From positions 5,343-69,342 of the forward strand of contig JBPCPW010000001.1 of assembly GCA_050998755.1 (NCBI GenBank): a stretch of 64,000 nt of DNA, given 5' to 3'. Origin of the DNA: Candidatus Dormibacteria bacterium. Lineage in GTDB: Bacteria; Chloroflexota; Dormibacteria; DASZGP01. A program made the position numbers and the translations under genes. The stretch's first letter is position 1, and each line of letters opens with the position of its first letter. Below are positions 1 through 9,867 of this stretch, in pieces. A model generated the notes under the pieces. That model was not told where the DNA came from. It saw nothing but the letters and a program-made list of their open reading frames with translations, and did no database searches.

Positions 1-197
1 TCCGCGAAGCGATGAACAACCTCCTGGTCAAATGCGACGAGGTCTGGGTCTTCGGCCGGATGAGCCTCGGCGTGCAGGTCCAGGTGGGGATTGCCAAGCG
101 CATGCGGAAACCGCTGCGCTTCTACGACATCTCTGAGCTACCGGAACGGGTGACCAGGATAAGCGAGAACCTGGCCCAGGAAGAGAAGCGCGACTGA
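1..197 (+). CDS. 3' end of an unidentified gene entering from upstream (partial)
   Basis: Open frame continuous from window edge to TGA 195-197 (...VWVFGRMSLGVQVQVGIAKRMRKPLRFYDISELPERVTRISENLAQEEKRD); no family recognised. Confidence 0.35.
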   Translation, partial: REAMNNLLVKCDEVWVFGRMSLGVQVQVGIAKRMRKPLRFYDISELPERVTRISENLAQEEKRD

Positions 198-200
198 CGA

Positions 201-247
201 GGCCGCCTGAACGGCCGGGGCGAGCGTCGGGATCGGGGCTTCGCCCC
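201..247. terminator. pair of GC-rich stem-loops between convergent genes (possible bidirectional terminator)
   Basis: GGCCG-cctgaa-CGGCC and GGGGC-ttc-GCCCC hairpins in the 156-nt gap between the + gene ending at 197 and helY-like gene ending at 354; no U-tract. Confidence 0.35.
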
Positions 248-353
248 TCGTGCGATGCTCGCTCACGTACTTCGTGTACGCTCGCTCCGCTTCTCCGCCC
301 CTCCTTCGCCGCGACCGTTGATGCGGCCTCGGCTGGGAGGTGGCAATGGAAAC

Positions 354-2783
354 CTAAACGCGGCGGATGAGGTCGCGCTCCATCGCGCGCATCGCCTGGT
401 AGACGCTCTTCCGCAGCGGCGACTCCTCGGGGATCGCCCACTCCATCTGACGGAGCGTTGAGTACAACGAGCGGATGGCCTTGACGCAGTCGCCGAAGTC
501 GACCCCGTCGGGCAGCGGGATGCTGTCAAGGGCGTCGCCCCGGGCCCAGCGGTAGGCGAAGTCGATGTAGTCACGTGAGGGAGCCCGCAGGGTGTCCTCG
601 CCGAATGCCTGCTCGAGGTCATGGAAGCGGAAGTAGAGAGTGCGTAGCTGTCGCACGGTGGCCGCGGTGGCCGGGGTCGGGCCACGGCGCTGTTGCGGCG
701 TGGGGCCGTACTGGCGGTGCCTGCTGCCCCCGCGGTCCTCGGCCACAACCGCGATCAGTGCGGCGCAGAGCTCGGCGGGCTCCAGCCCATCGAACCAGCC
801 GCCGTGGATGGCCTCGGTTATCACCAGGCTGTTCTCCCCATAGACCCGGCTGGCCAACATGCCCTTCTCCGACGGGCGCTGGTCGTAGAGGAACCCCGCC
901 TCCTCCAGTATCTGGACCAGGCTATGAAGATGGTCGCGATATTCGTGAGTGGCGCCCTCGATCTCCTCGGTGGTCCGCCTGATCTCCTCGCGCAATTCCC
1001 AGAGCTCCCCCTCCCGCTCCCGGTGAGCCTTGAGGTTGGGGCAGCGCCGCACGGGCGACTTCTCATGCGCCTTCTGTACATCGCTGGCGCGCCGCTTGAC
1101 CTTGTCGAACTCCTCGTCGGTCATGTCGCCGCCGCCCGGGCCCTTCCAATGCGCCCGCCGTGCCCGCCTCATCCGGTTGCGCAGGTGGCGCAGCTCGGCC
1201 TCGTCGCGGAAGTATTGCTCCACATCCGCGGGGACGCATCGGTCCTTGCCGGCGTGCGGCAATGGCAGGGACTCCACGTCCGTCAGCCGCTCCACCAGGT
1301 TCTGTAGCTCGCTCCGTCGTAGCTCGGCGGCCTGGCTGCGCTGGAACTGACCGAAGCTGCGCTCCATCAGTGACTCCGCCTCCGCCAGGTCACGGTTGCG
1401 CAGCAGGTTGAGCGCCATGTTGTAGGTCGGCGCGAACTTCGACTCCACGACCATGTCCTCGCCCATCGCCGCCTCGTAGATGACGCCGATATCAACCTCC
1501 GGGTCCTTGAGGATGACGCCGTGGCCCACGGCGTCGATGCCTCGCCGGCCGGCCCGCCCCATCAGCTGCGTCAACTGCCCAGAGGTGAGGGCGTTAAAGC
1601 CCCGCCCGTCAAACTTGGTGAAGGACGAGATGACCACCGCGCGCGCCGGCATGTGGATACCCAGTGCCAGCGTCTCAGTGGCGAAGACCACCTTGATCAG
1701 CCCAGCCTGGAACAATTCCTCGACCAGTTCCTTGATGAAGGGCAGCAGACCAGCGTGGTGCACCGCCACGCCCTGGGCCAGCATTTCGCGGTTGAGCAGG
1801 GAGTTGTAGAGCTTGCGCTCGTCATCCTCGCCGACCTCCGCCATCTTCGCCGCGACGACCGCGGCGATGCGCTTCTTCTCTAATTGACTTGTCAGGTCCA
1901 GGTGACGCTGAGCGCAGCGCTGCATCGCCTGCTCGCAACCTCGGCGGCTGAAGATGAAGTAGATCGCGGGCACCATCTCCTGGCGTACCAGTTCCTCGAT
2001 CACACGGGTCATGTTGTTGCTGTCGAGGTTGCGGTGCCGCGGGAAGCTGCGGTCCGAGGCGACCTCCTGTTGGGCGCGGTTCCAGGTGGAGCGCATCACG
2101 TTGCCCTTCTGGTCGAAGAGCTCGTGCAGGCGGTTCTCCATCGCCAGCCAGAGCCTCAATTCGGTCGGGCGCTGGGTCACCGCGACGACGCCCATCTCGC
2201 CGCGGTGGGATGCCATCCAGTCGGCCACCTGCTGGTAGTTCGAGATGGTGGCCGAGAGCCCAACAAAGTGGATGTGAGGCGGCGCCTGGATCATGACCTC
2301 CTCCCACACCGCGCCGCGGGGAAACTCGTCGATGTAGTGGACCTCATCGAGGACCACGTACTGCACCTCGCGCAGACGCTCGGGGTCCTCGTAGATCAGG
2401 TTGCGCAGGATCTCAGTGGTCATCACCACGGCCGGGGCCTGGTCGTTGATGGTGTGCTCGCCGGTGACCAGGCCAACGTACCCTTCGCCATATTTCAGCT
2501 TCAGGTCGCGAAACTTCTGGTTGCTGAGGGCCTTGAGCGGGGTGGTGTAGATGGCCTTCATTCCCCGCTCGATGCACTCGAAGATGGCGTAATCCGCGAC
2601 CACCGTCTTGCCCGAAGACGTCGGCGCCGAGACCAGCACACCCTGGTGGGTGCCGAGCTTGTTGATCGCCTCCTCCTGGAACGGGTCGAGGGGGAAGGGC
2701 AGCGTTCGCTGGAACGCTTCCAGCAACTCGGCACGCGCACCCAGGCTGCCCCGGAGGTCAACTTTCACTCTGCTATATTGCAT
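354..2783 (-). CDS. helY: Ski2-like DEAD/DEAH-box RNA helicase (HelY-like)
   Basis: 809 aa; Walker A VSAPTSSGKT, DEVH box (VLDEVHYIDE), helicase C motifs, C-terminal Ski2/rRNA-processing arch-like region; typical actinobacterial HelY layout. Confidence 0.85.
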   Translation of the reverse strand: MQYSRVKVDLRGSLGARAELLEAFQRTLPFPLDPFQEEAINKLGTHQGVLVSAPTSSGKTVVADYAIFECIERGMKAIYTTPLKALSNQKFRDLKLKYGEGYVGLVTGEHTINDQAPAVVMTTEILRNLIYEDPERLREVQYVVLDEVHYIDEFPRGAVWEEVMIQAPPHIHFVGLSATISNYQQVADWMASHRGEMGVVAVTQRPTELRLWLAMENRLHELFDQKGNVMRSTWNRAQQEVASDRSFPRHRNLDSNNMTRVIEELVRQEMVPAIYFIFSRRGCEQAMQRCAQRHLDLTSQLEKKRIAAVVAAKMAEVGEDDERKLYNSLLNREMLAQGVAVHHAGLLPFIKELVEELFQAGLIKVVFATETLALGIHMPARAVVISSFTKFDGRGFNALTSGQLTQLMGRAGRRGIDAVGHGVILKDPEVDIGVIYEAAMGEDMVVESKFAPTYNMALNLLRNRDLAEAESLMERSFGQFQRSQAAELRRSELQNLVERLTDVESLPLPHAGKDRCVPADVEQYFRDEAELRHLRNRMRRARRAHWKGPGGGDMTDEEFDKVKRRASDVQKAHEKSPVRRCPNLKAHREREGELWELREEIRRTTEEIEGATHEYRDHLHSLVQILEEAGFLYDQRPSEKGMLASRVYGENSLVITEAIHGGWFDGLEPAELCAALIAVVAEDRGGSRHRQYGPTPQQRRGPTPATAATVRQLRTLYFRFHDLEQAFGEDTLRAPSRDYIDFAYRWARGDALDSIPLPDGVDFGDCVKAIRSLYSTLRQMEWAIPEESPLRKSVYQAMRAMERDLIRRV

Positions 2784-2791
2784 CCCCTCCC

Positions 2792-4702
2792 ATGAGTACC
2801 GAGCTAGACGCGCGCGCCGGCACTTCCGAGCGCCACGGCGAGGGAGTGGTGGCGGTGGCCAGTCGCACCGCCCGGCGCTCAGCCACCGCCCCGGACAGGA
2901 CCGTTGTCGAGCCCAAGGTCCGTACCGTGCCGGAGATGTTCCAGGGCACGGTTCAGCGCCGGGCGCTGCAGCCCGCGCTGCTATTCAGGGCGGGGGGAAA
3001 GTGGAACGCCATCGGCTGGGAGCAGTACGCCCAGGGGGTGAAGCGAATCGCCGGGTTCCTGCTCTCAGAGGGGTTTAAGCACGGAGACCGGGGCGCGATC
3101 CTGTCCTACAACCGGCCGGAGTGGCACATTGCCGACCTCGCCATTCAACACACCGGCGGATGCGTGGTCGGCATCTACCTGACGAACTCGGCCAGCCAGT
3201 GCCAGTACATCATCGACCACGCCGAGGCCCAGGTCCTGTTTGCCGAGAACCGCGAGCAGCTGGCCAAGATCCTCCAGGTTCGCAAGGACCTGCCCAGGCT
3301 GAAGCGCATCGTGCTGATCACCGGTGAGCTGAAGACTGGTGACGGCGACCTGGTGACTACCTGGGAGAAGGCCCTCCAGCTGGGCGACACCTGGAACAGC
3401 TCCAACGCCGAGATCTTCGAGCAGAGGTGGCGCGCCGTCAAGCCCGATGACATGGCCACCTTCATCTACACCTCAGGCACCACCGGCCCACCCAAGGCCG
3501 TGATGCTCGACCACGCCAACATCTGCTGGACCTGCGAGAGCCTCATCAGCTGCACGTCGCTGACCGACCCTGACGAGGACTGCATGATCTCCTACCTGCC
3601 GCTGGCCCACATCGCCGAGCGCATGGCGGGACACATGCTCAACGTCTACAACGGTCACCGGCTGTACTTCGCCGAGGACCTCGCGAAGCTCGGCGCCAAT
3701 GTGCGCGACGCGCGGCCCACGTTCATGTTCGGCGTTCCCCGGATCTGGGAGAAGTACCAGGCTGGGATCGAGACCAGGTTGCGCGGCGGGGGAGTGAAGG
3801 GCGCGATCGGCCGGTGGGCGGTGAGGCAGGGCGAGAAGGCGGTGGACGACCGCACCGCCGGCCGCGAGCCCGGGCGTGCATACCACCTCGCCGATCGCCT
3901 GGCCCTGTCCAAGTTGCGCGAGGCCCTGGGGCTTGACAGGTCGAAAGGCCTGTCGACGGGCGCGGCGCCGATCTCTCAGAAGACCCTGCGGTTCTTCTGG
4001 GCGATCGGTCTGAACCTGTACGAGGTCTACGGCCAGTCAGAGGGCTGCGGACCGACCTCGACCAACCGCGAGGCGTTCGCCCGGCTGGGGAGCGTGGGCC
4101 CGGCGATCCCGGGTGTGGAGATGCGCATTGCGGACGACGGCGAGGTGCTGGTCAGGGGCGGGAATGTGTTCAGGGGCTACTTCAAGGATCCCAAGACCAC
4201 CGCGGAGACGCTGGACCCCGAGGGCTGGTTGCACTCCGGGGACGTGGGGGAGATCGACGCTGACGGCTACCTGCACATCACCGACCGCAAAAAGGACCTG
4301 ATCATCACCGCCGGCGGCAAGAACATTTCGCCATCGAACATCGAAACGGCGCTCAAGCAACAGCCGTTCGTCGGCACCGTGGTGGCGCTGGGCGACAACC
4401 GTCCTTTCATGAGTTGCCTGTTCACCATCGACCCCGAGCAGGTCGCTGCCCTGGCGGCCGAGGTGGACGCCGAACCCGACGCCGCCAAGCTTGCAGAGAA
4501 CCTCAAGGTGCACGCCATATTCCAGCGGGCGGTTGACGCCATCAACCAGAACCTGAGCAACGTAGAGAGGGTCAAGAAGTTCACCATCCTGCCCGGCGAT
4601 CTCTCCGTTGACGGTGGGGAGTTGACCCCGACTCTGAAGGTCAAGCGCAAGGTGGTCAACGAGAAGTACGCCAGGCAGATCGAGGCCATTTACGCCGGCT
4701 GA
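2792..4702 (+). CDS. long-chain acyl-CoA synthetase (AMP-forming, FadD-like)
   Basis: 636 aa; AMP-binding motif YTSGTTGPPKAVMLDH, ...ITDRKKDLIITAGGKNISP; start may instead be GTG ~2927 or ATG ~2936 (VPEMFQG...), which would leave a realistic divergent promoter gap with helY. Confidence 0.8.
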   Translation: MSTELDARAGTSERHGEGVVAVASRTARRSATAPDRTVVEPKVRTVPEMFQGTVQRRALQPALLFRAGGKWNAIGWEQYAQGVKRIAGFLLSEGFKHGDRGAILSYNRPEWHIADLAIQHTGGCVVGIYLTNSASQCQYIIDHAEAQVLFAENREQLAKILQVRKDLPRLKRIVLITGELKTGDGDLVTTWEKALQLGDTWNSSNAEIFEQRWRAVKPDDMATFIYTSGTTGPPKAVMLDHANICWTCESLISCTSLTDPDEDCMISYLPLAHIAERMAGHMLNVYNGHRLYFAEDLAKLGANVRDARPTFMFGVPRIWEKYQAGIETRLRGGGVKGAIGRWAVRQGEKAVDDRTAGREPGRAYHLADRLALSKLREALGLDRSKGLSTGAAPISQKTLRFFWAIGLNLYEVYGQSEGCGPTSTNREAFARLGSVGPAIPGVEMRIADDGEVLVRGGNVFRGYFKDPKTTAETLDPEGWLHSGDVGEIDADGYLHITDRKKDLIITAGGKNISPSNIETALKQQPFVGTVVALGDNRPFMSCLFTIDPEQVAALAAEVDAEPDAAKLAENLKVHAIFQRAVDAINQNLSNVERVKKFTILPGDLSVDGGELTPTLKVKRKVVNEKYARQIEAIYAG

Positions 4703-4751
4703 CACCTTCGTCGTCTCGACCGCGCCGCTGCCGGCGGAGGTCATCGCCAGC

Positions 4752-5669
4752 ATGCTGCCCGCGGGTAGCGAGGTGGTGGCTGCCGACCACGCCAGCCTGC
4801 TGGAGCTGGCCACCAAGGCCGACGTGGTCATCGGCGATTGGTGGCACCGGGTCCACGTTGACGCCGAAGTGGTGCAGCGCCTGACGCGCTGCCGTCTGAT
4901 CCAGCAACCCAGTGCGGGGTACGAGAACATCGATGCCGTCGCCGCGGCGGCCGCCGGCATCCCGGTCGCCAACGCCGGCCCGGCGAACGCCGGCCCGGTC
5001 GCGGAGCACGCGGTCATGGCCGCGATGGCCTGCCTTCGGTTCCTGCCCGCGGCAACCCGTGCGGCTGCGGAAGGGGACTGGGACCGTCAGCGATTCCTGG
5101 ACCTGGATCTGTGGGACCTCGACGAGCGCACTGTCGGGATCCTCGGGATGGGTGCCATCGGAGAGGCCATCGCAACCCGCCTCCGTCCGTTCGGTAGCCG
5201 GGTCATCTACACCAAGCGGAGCCGCCTGGACCCGGCCCGGGAGGCCGCCCTGGGAGTGTCCTACCGCGACCTCGAGGCGCTCCTGTCGGAGAGCCAGGTG
5301 CTGATTCTCACCCTGCCACTGAACGAGGAGACCCGGGGCATGTTGTCTGCCCAGCGCCTGTCTCTACTGCCGCAGGGAGGAGTTGTGGTGAACGTCGCCC
5401 GCGGCAACCTCATGGACATCGAGGCGCTCGCGCGAATGCTCAAATCAGGCCACCTTCGGGGTGCAGCCCTCGACGTCTTCGACGAGGAACCGCTGCCGCG
5501 GGGCCACGGTTTGGATGGCCTGCCCAACGTGCTCCTGACTCCCCACGTGGCGGGTGCGACAGCGATCGCCAAGCGTGATATTTTCCTCAACAGCATGGCC
5601 AACGTGGCCCGCGTGTGCAGGGGCGAGAAGCCGCTCTACGTCGTCAACCAGGCGGGCCTGAAGCGTTGA
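4752..5669 (+). CDS. D-isomer-specific 2-hydroxyacid dehydrogenase family, NAD-binding
   Basis: GILGMGAIGEAIATRL Rossmann motif, ...GYENIDAVAAAAAGIPVAN...; conserved N-terminal strand (TFVVSTAPLPAEVIAS) lies in-frame UPSTREAM of first canonical start, see findings. Confidence 0.75.
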   Translation: MLPAGSEVVAADHASLLELATKADVVIGDWWHRVHVDAEVVQRLTRCRLIQQPSAGYENIDAVAAAAAGIPVANAGPANAGPVAEHAVMAAMACLRFLPAATRAAAEGDWDRQRFLDLDLWDLDERTVGILGMGAIGEAIATRLRPFGSRVIYTKRSRLDPAREAALGVSYRDLEALLSESQVLILTLPLNEETRGMLSAQRLSLLPQGGVVVNVARGNLMDIEALARMLKSGHLRGAALDVFDEEPLPRGHGLDGLPNVLLTPHVAGATAIAKRDIFLNSMANVARVCRGEKPLYVVNQAGLKR

Positions 5670-6043
5670 CCGGGGACCGCCGCCCTCGCCTGCTGGTGGT
5701 GGAGGACGAACCGGCGTTGCAGAAGGTGCTGGCGATGCGCCTGGGCATAGACGGGTTCGACGTGGCGACGGCTTCCGACGGCCAGGAGGCGTTGGAGATG
5801 ATGCGCGTCGACCGTCCCGACCTGGTGTTGACGGACCTGATGATGCCGGTGATGGATGGGGCGGAGCTGACCAGCGCGATCAGGGCCGATCCCGACCTCA
5901 GGGACATCCCGGTGATGGTGCTCACAGCGCTCAGGGAGCAGCGGGAGCGGGACCACCTGATGGCCCTGGGAGCCGACGCCTTTGCCGCCAAGCCCTATAA
6001 CTCCGCCGAGTTGACGGAGAAGATCCGCAACCTGATTCGCTGA
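5666..6043 (+). CDS. single-domain response regulator (CheY-like receiver only)
   Basis: LLVVEDEPAL...DLVLTDLMMPVMDG...AFAAKP; phospho-acceptor Asp and conserved Lys present; TTG start overlapping upstream stop (TTGA). Confidence 0.75.
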   Translation: MTGDRRPRLLVVEDEPALQKVLAMRLGIDGFDVATASDGQEALEMMRVDRPDLVLTDLMMPVMDGAELTSAIRADPDLRDIPVMVLTALREQRERDHLMALGADAFAAKPYNSAELTEKIRNLIR

Positions 6044-6089
6044 GGCGCGCCCCGGCGGGTGCCCTGCGCGGTCATACAATCCCGTCATC

Positions 6090-6731
6090 GTGGCGCAATG
6101 GCAGGGCATCGAGGGTCTGGTGGAGTGTCTCTCAGAGCACATGCTGGGCCGCGCAACCGGTGCCGCGGCGCTCTCCGATGACGCACGCATCTACCTGGTT
6201 TTTGGACACCCTCTGCACGCCACGCTGGGCGATAGCACCGGCATGCCTGCGGTGGATGCAGTGGCTGGCCTCGCGCTGGCTCAACCGGACGTCGCCGTAA
6301 CCTGGATCCCGGGCGTGACGGCCGGCAAGGCACACAGCCTGACCGCCTCGGACCACGTGGTCGATCACCTGCGCTCACGGGCGGGCTCGTTGGGTGGGCC
6401 GGCACAGGGCTCCGGCGACGCCGAGCTCGGGCATATGGAAGACCTGGGCCTGCGCCGGATGATGTCCGAGCAGGGCGCCGCGCCAATCTCTGACGCCCCG
6501 CTGTGGACTGGTGTCATCGCCTCGATCTCTGCCCTCCTGGCTGGCGCCCTGCACCGCCACTCCGCCGGGCTTGTGGAATCAATTGCGCGCGCCGAACCGG
6601 ACCCGCGGTCCATCCTCATGGCCATCGACCGGACCCGCTCCATGCCCGTCCGCATGGTTTCTCCAGCCCGTGTCGCCGCCCTCCTGGACGAGGCCGAGGT
6701 GCTGGTCAAAGAGAAGATGACCGCCGGTTGA
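6090..6731 (+). CDS. hypothetical protein (213 aa), no recognisable domain
   Basis: GTG-initiated ORF with coding-like codon usage directly downstream of the stand-alone receiver gene; antisense ORF 6365-6970 is Ser/Arg/Ala-rich and rejected. Confidence 0.5.
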   Translation: MAQWQGIEGLVECLSEHMLGRATGAAALSDDARIYLVFGHPLHATLGDSTGMPAVDAVAGLALAQPDVAVTWIPGVTAGKAHSLTASDHVVDHLRSRAGSLGGPAQGSGDAELGHMEDLGLRRMMSEQGAAPISDAPLWTGVIASISALLAGALHRHSAGLVESIARAEPDPRSILMAIDRTRSMPVRMVSPARVAALLDEAEVLVKEKMTAG

Positions 6732-6812
6732 CTGACACGAGTGGAATCACCGCAGCAAGATCGGATCGGGGCCTGCGGGAACAACATCGCGACGCTGGGG
6801 TTTTCTGTAGCC

Positions 6813-8186
6813 ATGAGTGAAGATCGTGAATTCGACGTCATCTGCATCGGCGCCGGCCCCGCCGGTGAGGCCCTGGCGGGGGAGCTGAAGGGCGGCGCGC
6901 TGTCGCTGGCCGTCATCGAGTCCAACCTGGTGGGCGGCGAGTGCCCGTACTGGGGTTGCATGCCCAGCAAGACCCTGCTGAGGTCCGCCGAGGTCCTCAG
7001 CGAGACGGGCCGCGCCCGCGAGCTCGCGGCATCCGAGGTGACTTACAAGGTTGATTACGCCAAGGTCTACGAGCGGGCCTTCATGATGGCGCGGGAACTG
7101 GACGACACCAAGTCGACCGAGGGGCTGGAGAAGACCGGTGCCACCCTTTTCCGTGGGGCCGGGAAGATGGTGTCCGCGGGACAGGCCGAGATCGAGGGCA
7201 CCCGGCTGACGGCTCGCCGTGCGGTGGTGATCGCCACCGGCACCTCGCCCCTGGTGCCTCCAATCGAGGGGCTGTCGTCGGTCCAGTTCTGGACCAACCG
7301 CGAGGCAGTGCTGGCGGCCGAGCAACCACTGCGCCTGGTCGTACTTGGTGCGGGCGCGGTCGGCATGGAGCTGGCCCAGGTGTACGCGCGCCTGGGCACC
7401 CAGGTCCACTTGGTCGAGTCGACGCGCTACCCGCTCCCCCTCGAGGATGAGGACGCCGGGAAGTACCTCCAGGAGGTGCTGCTCAAGGACGGGATCAAGG
7501 TCCACTGTGGCGCCAGGGCGGTCAGCGTATCGCAGACCGGAAGGGAGATCTCGGTGACGCTCGATTCCGGGGAGGTGGTCACCGGCGACCGCCTGCTGGT
7601 GGCGACGGGGCGCAAGCCCAACCTTGACGGCCTCGACCTTGACGCGGTTGGTGCCAGCAGGACCAAGCGGGGCTTCATCTCCGTCGACCCGGCCACCCTC
7701 CAGGCTGCCGATGGCGTCTACGCGATCGGCGACATCAACGGCATCGGCGGCTTCACCCACCTGTCCAACTACCACGGCAAGGTGCTGGGGCGGGCGCTGC
7801 GCGGCCGCCAGGTGACGGCCAACCACGTCGCGGTGCCGAGGGTGACGTTCACAGACCCCGAGGTGGCATCTGTCGGGCTGAGCGAAGCGCAGGCGCGTGA
7901 GCAGGGCATCGACGTCAAGATCGGCTCAATCCCTGACACCCTGAACATGACCAGCCGCGGCTACATCCACGGCGAACCCGGCGGGCTCGTCAAGCTGGTC
8001 GGTGACAGGCAGCGCGGGGTCCTGGTCGGCGCCACGCTGGTGGGACCGACCGCCGGCGAGATGATCCACGAGATGGCCGTGGCGATCCGGGCCGAGGTCC
8101 CCCTCGACACCCTGGCCGACACGATCCATGCCTTTCCAACCTTCTCTCGTGACTTCGAATCAGTATTCGACGAGATGGCCGGTTAG
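6813..8186 (+). CDS. FAD/NAD(P)-dependent pyridine nucleotide-disulfide oxidoreductase (dihydrolipoyl dehydrogenase / mercuric reductase-like family)
   Basis: GAGPAG dinucleotide motif, redox CxxxxC (GGECPYWGCMPSK), second NAD motif GAGAVGMELA, C-terminal dimerisation domain HAFPTFS. Confidence 0.8.
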   Translation: MSEDREFDVICIGAGPAGEALAGELKGGALSLAVIESNLVGGECPYWGCMPSKTLLRSAEVLSETGRARELAASEVTYKVDYAKVYERAFMMARELDDTKSTEGLEKTGATLFRGAGKMVSAGQAEIEGTRLTARRAVVIATGTSPLVPPIEGLSSVQFWTNREAVLAAEQPLRLVVLGAGAVGMELAQVYARLGTQVHLVESTRYPLPLEDEDAGKYLQEVLLKDGIKVHCGARAVSVSQTGREISVTLDSGEVVTGDRLLVATGRKPNLDGLDLDAVGASRTKRGFISVDPATLQAADGVYAIGDINGIGGFTHLSNYHGKVLGRALRGRQVTANHVAVPRVTFTDPEVASVGLSEAQAREQGIDVKIGSIPDTLNMTSRGYIHGEPGGLVKLVGDRQRGVLVGATLVGPTAGEMIHEMAVAIRAEVPLDTLADTIHAFPTFSRDFESVFDEMAG

Positions 8187-8198
8187 TTGCCTCGGGTG

Positions 8199-9275
8199 AT
8201 GCCCAACCAGGCCGGCGGCCCGGCCGACCTGGCGATCTACGGCGCGACCGGTTTCACCGGCAGACTCGCCGCGCATGCCGCCCGACGTCTGGGTCTGCCG
8301 ATGACGCTCGCCGGCCGGAACGAGGACAGCCTGCGCCGGCTGGCGCACGAGTTCGACGACGAGTACCCGGTGGCCGTTGCGCGGCACGACGACCCGGAGG
8401 CCCTGGAGCGGATCGCCGCGGGAGTGAAGGTGCTGGCCTCGACCGCCGGCCCTTTCGGAGAGATCGGCGTACTCCCGGTGGCGGCCGCGGTTGCCGCGGG
8501 ACGCCACTACCTGGATTCCACCGGCGAGGTCGACTTCATGGAGCAGACCTTCCGCCGTCACCACCAGGCGGCACGGGAGAAGGAGATCGTCGTGATGAAC
8601 GCCTGTGCCTTCGAGTACGTCATCGGCGACTGCCTGATGGAGCTGGCACTGCAGGCTCATCCCGCCACCCGCGAGATGCGCATCTCCTACTGGATGCCGG
8701 ACAAGGCCGCCACGCGCGGCACCGCCAGGTCCGCGCTGCGCATCCTCGCCAGCGAGGCCGGTAGGGCGGTGAAAACGAAGGGCATCAGGATTGCATTCCC
8801 GGCTCCCGTGGGTGAAAAGTGGGCGGTCACCTATGCCGGGGGCGAGGTGGAGTTCATGCGCAGACGCCGGCCGGAGGTCAGTGTCTCGACCCTCATGGAC
8901 ATGTCGCCGGCGGTGGCCCGCAGCGCGGGGATTCTCCCGGTGATACGGCCCGTCATCGGCTTCGGGCCGGTGCGATCGGCGCTGGACCGGGCCATCCTCC
9001 GGCTTCCGGAGGGGCCTGACGAAGCGCGCAGGGCGGCCCAGGAATGGCTGATCCTGGTGGAGGTCGATCCCGGGGACGGCCGGCAGAAGGGGGTTTGGGG
9101 AAGCGGAGTGGACCCCTACGGGATCACTGGCGAGATCCTCGCGCGGGTCGCAGCCAGGATTCTCAGAGGGCAATATCGCGCCACCGGGGTGGTCAGCCCC
9201 GCGGAGGCTTTTGAACCGGAGGAACTGCTTGCCTCATTCACTGATCTCGGAGTCCGCTGGGGCCGTATGGGATGA
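8199..9275 (+). CDS. saccharopine dehydrogenase-like NAD(P)-binding oxidoreductase
   Basis: N-terminal LAIYGATGFTGRL Rossmann motif; ~360 aa family size; start could also be TTG 8187 or GTG 8196. Confidence 0.65.
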   Translation: MPNQAGGPADLAIYGATGFTGRLAAHAARRLGLPMTLAGRNEDSLRRLAHEFDDEYPVAVARHDDPEALERIAAGVKVLASTAGPFGEIGVLPVAAAVAAGRHYLDSTGEVDFMEQTFRRHHQAAREKEIVVMNACAFEYVIGDCLMELALQAHPATREMRISYWMPDKAATRGTARSALRILASEAGRAVKTKGIRIAFPAPVGEKWAVTYAGGEVEFMRRRRPEVSVSTLMDMSPAVARSAGILPVIRPVIGFGPVRSALDRAILRLPEGPDEARRAAQEWLILVEVDPGDGRQKGVWGSGVDPYGITGEILARVAARILRGQYRATGVVSPAEAFEPEELLASFTDLGVRWGRMG

Positions 9276-9867
9276 CGTGGCTTTCCACGTCTTCGAGCGA
9301 GAGCAGGTCCTGGACCTGCCGCAGGGCGACGTCTTCAGGTTCTTCTCGGACGCCAACAACCTCCGGCTGATAACCCCCGCATTCCTGGGGTTCAAGTTCG
9401 AGGAACCGCCCCCGCCAGAGCTCGCTGTGGGCTCCGAGATCCGCTACACGATCAGGGTCTTCGGGCTGCCGGTGAAGTGGACCACGCGCATCAGGGAGTG
9501 GGACCCACCGTACCGTTTCGCCGACCTGCAGACCCGCGGGCCGTACGCCTATTGGCTGCACACCCACACTTTCAGCGCGATCGACGGGGGCCGCACGCTG
9601 ATGCGCGACCGGGTCATCTACCGCGTGCCCCTGGGCCCCTTCGGTGAGGTGGCCCGCCGGCTCTTTGTCGACCGGCAACTGAAGCAGATATTTGACTACC
9701 GCGAGCGCGCCTTCGGCCCCGCAATCCGCGGTGAACAACCACCCCGGATGCGGATGGGCGCCTCGGTCCCCGGCGGACTTCCCACCATCGGGGCGGTGGG
9801 TGCCGTTGTGGCGCTGGCGGCGGCGGCCGCCTGGAGACGCGTCCGGGTCGGAGGATCCCGGCTTTAA
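9229..9867 (+). CDS. SRPBCC (polyketide cyclase/dehydrase, START-like) family protein
   Basis: ...AVWDDV...FGLPVKWTTRIREWDPPYRFADLQTRGPYAYWLHTHTF... pattern; start ambiguous (TTG 9211/9229 or GTG 9277). Confidence 0.6.
   Translation: MPHSLISESAGAVWDDVAFHVFEREQVLDLPQGDVFRFFSDANNLRLITPAFLGFKFEEPPPPELAVGSEIRYTIRVFGLPVKWTTRIREWDPPYRFADLQTRGPYAYWLHTHTFSAIDGGRTLMRDRVIYRVPLGPFGEVARRLFVDRQLKQIFDYRERAFGPAIRGEQPPRMRMGASVPGGLPTIGAVGAVVALAAAAAWRRVRVGGSRL

Noticed and set aside
6365-6970. 201-aa minus-strand ORF overlapping the 6090-6731 hypothetical and the start of the oxidoreductase
   Set aside because: Ser/Arg/Ala-rich composition and overlap with two better-supported + strand genes.
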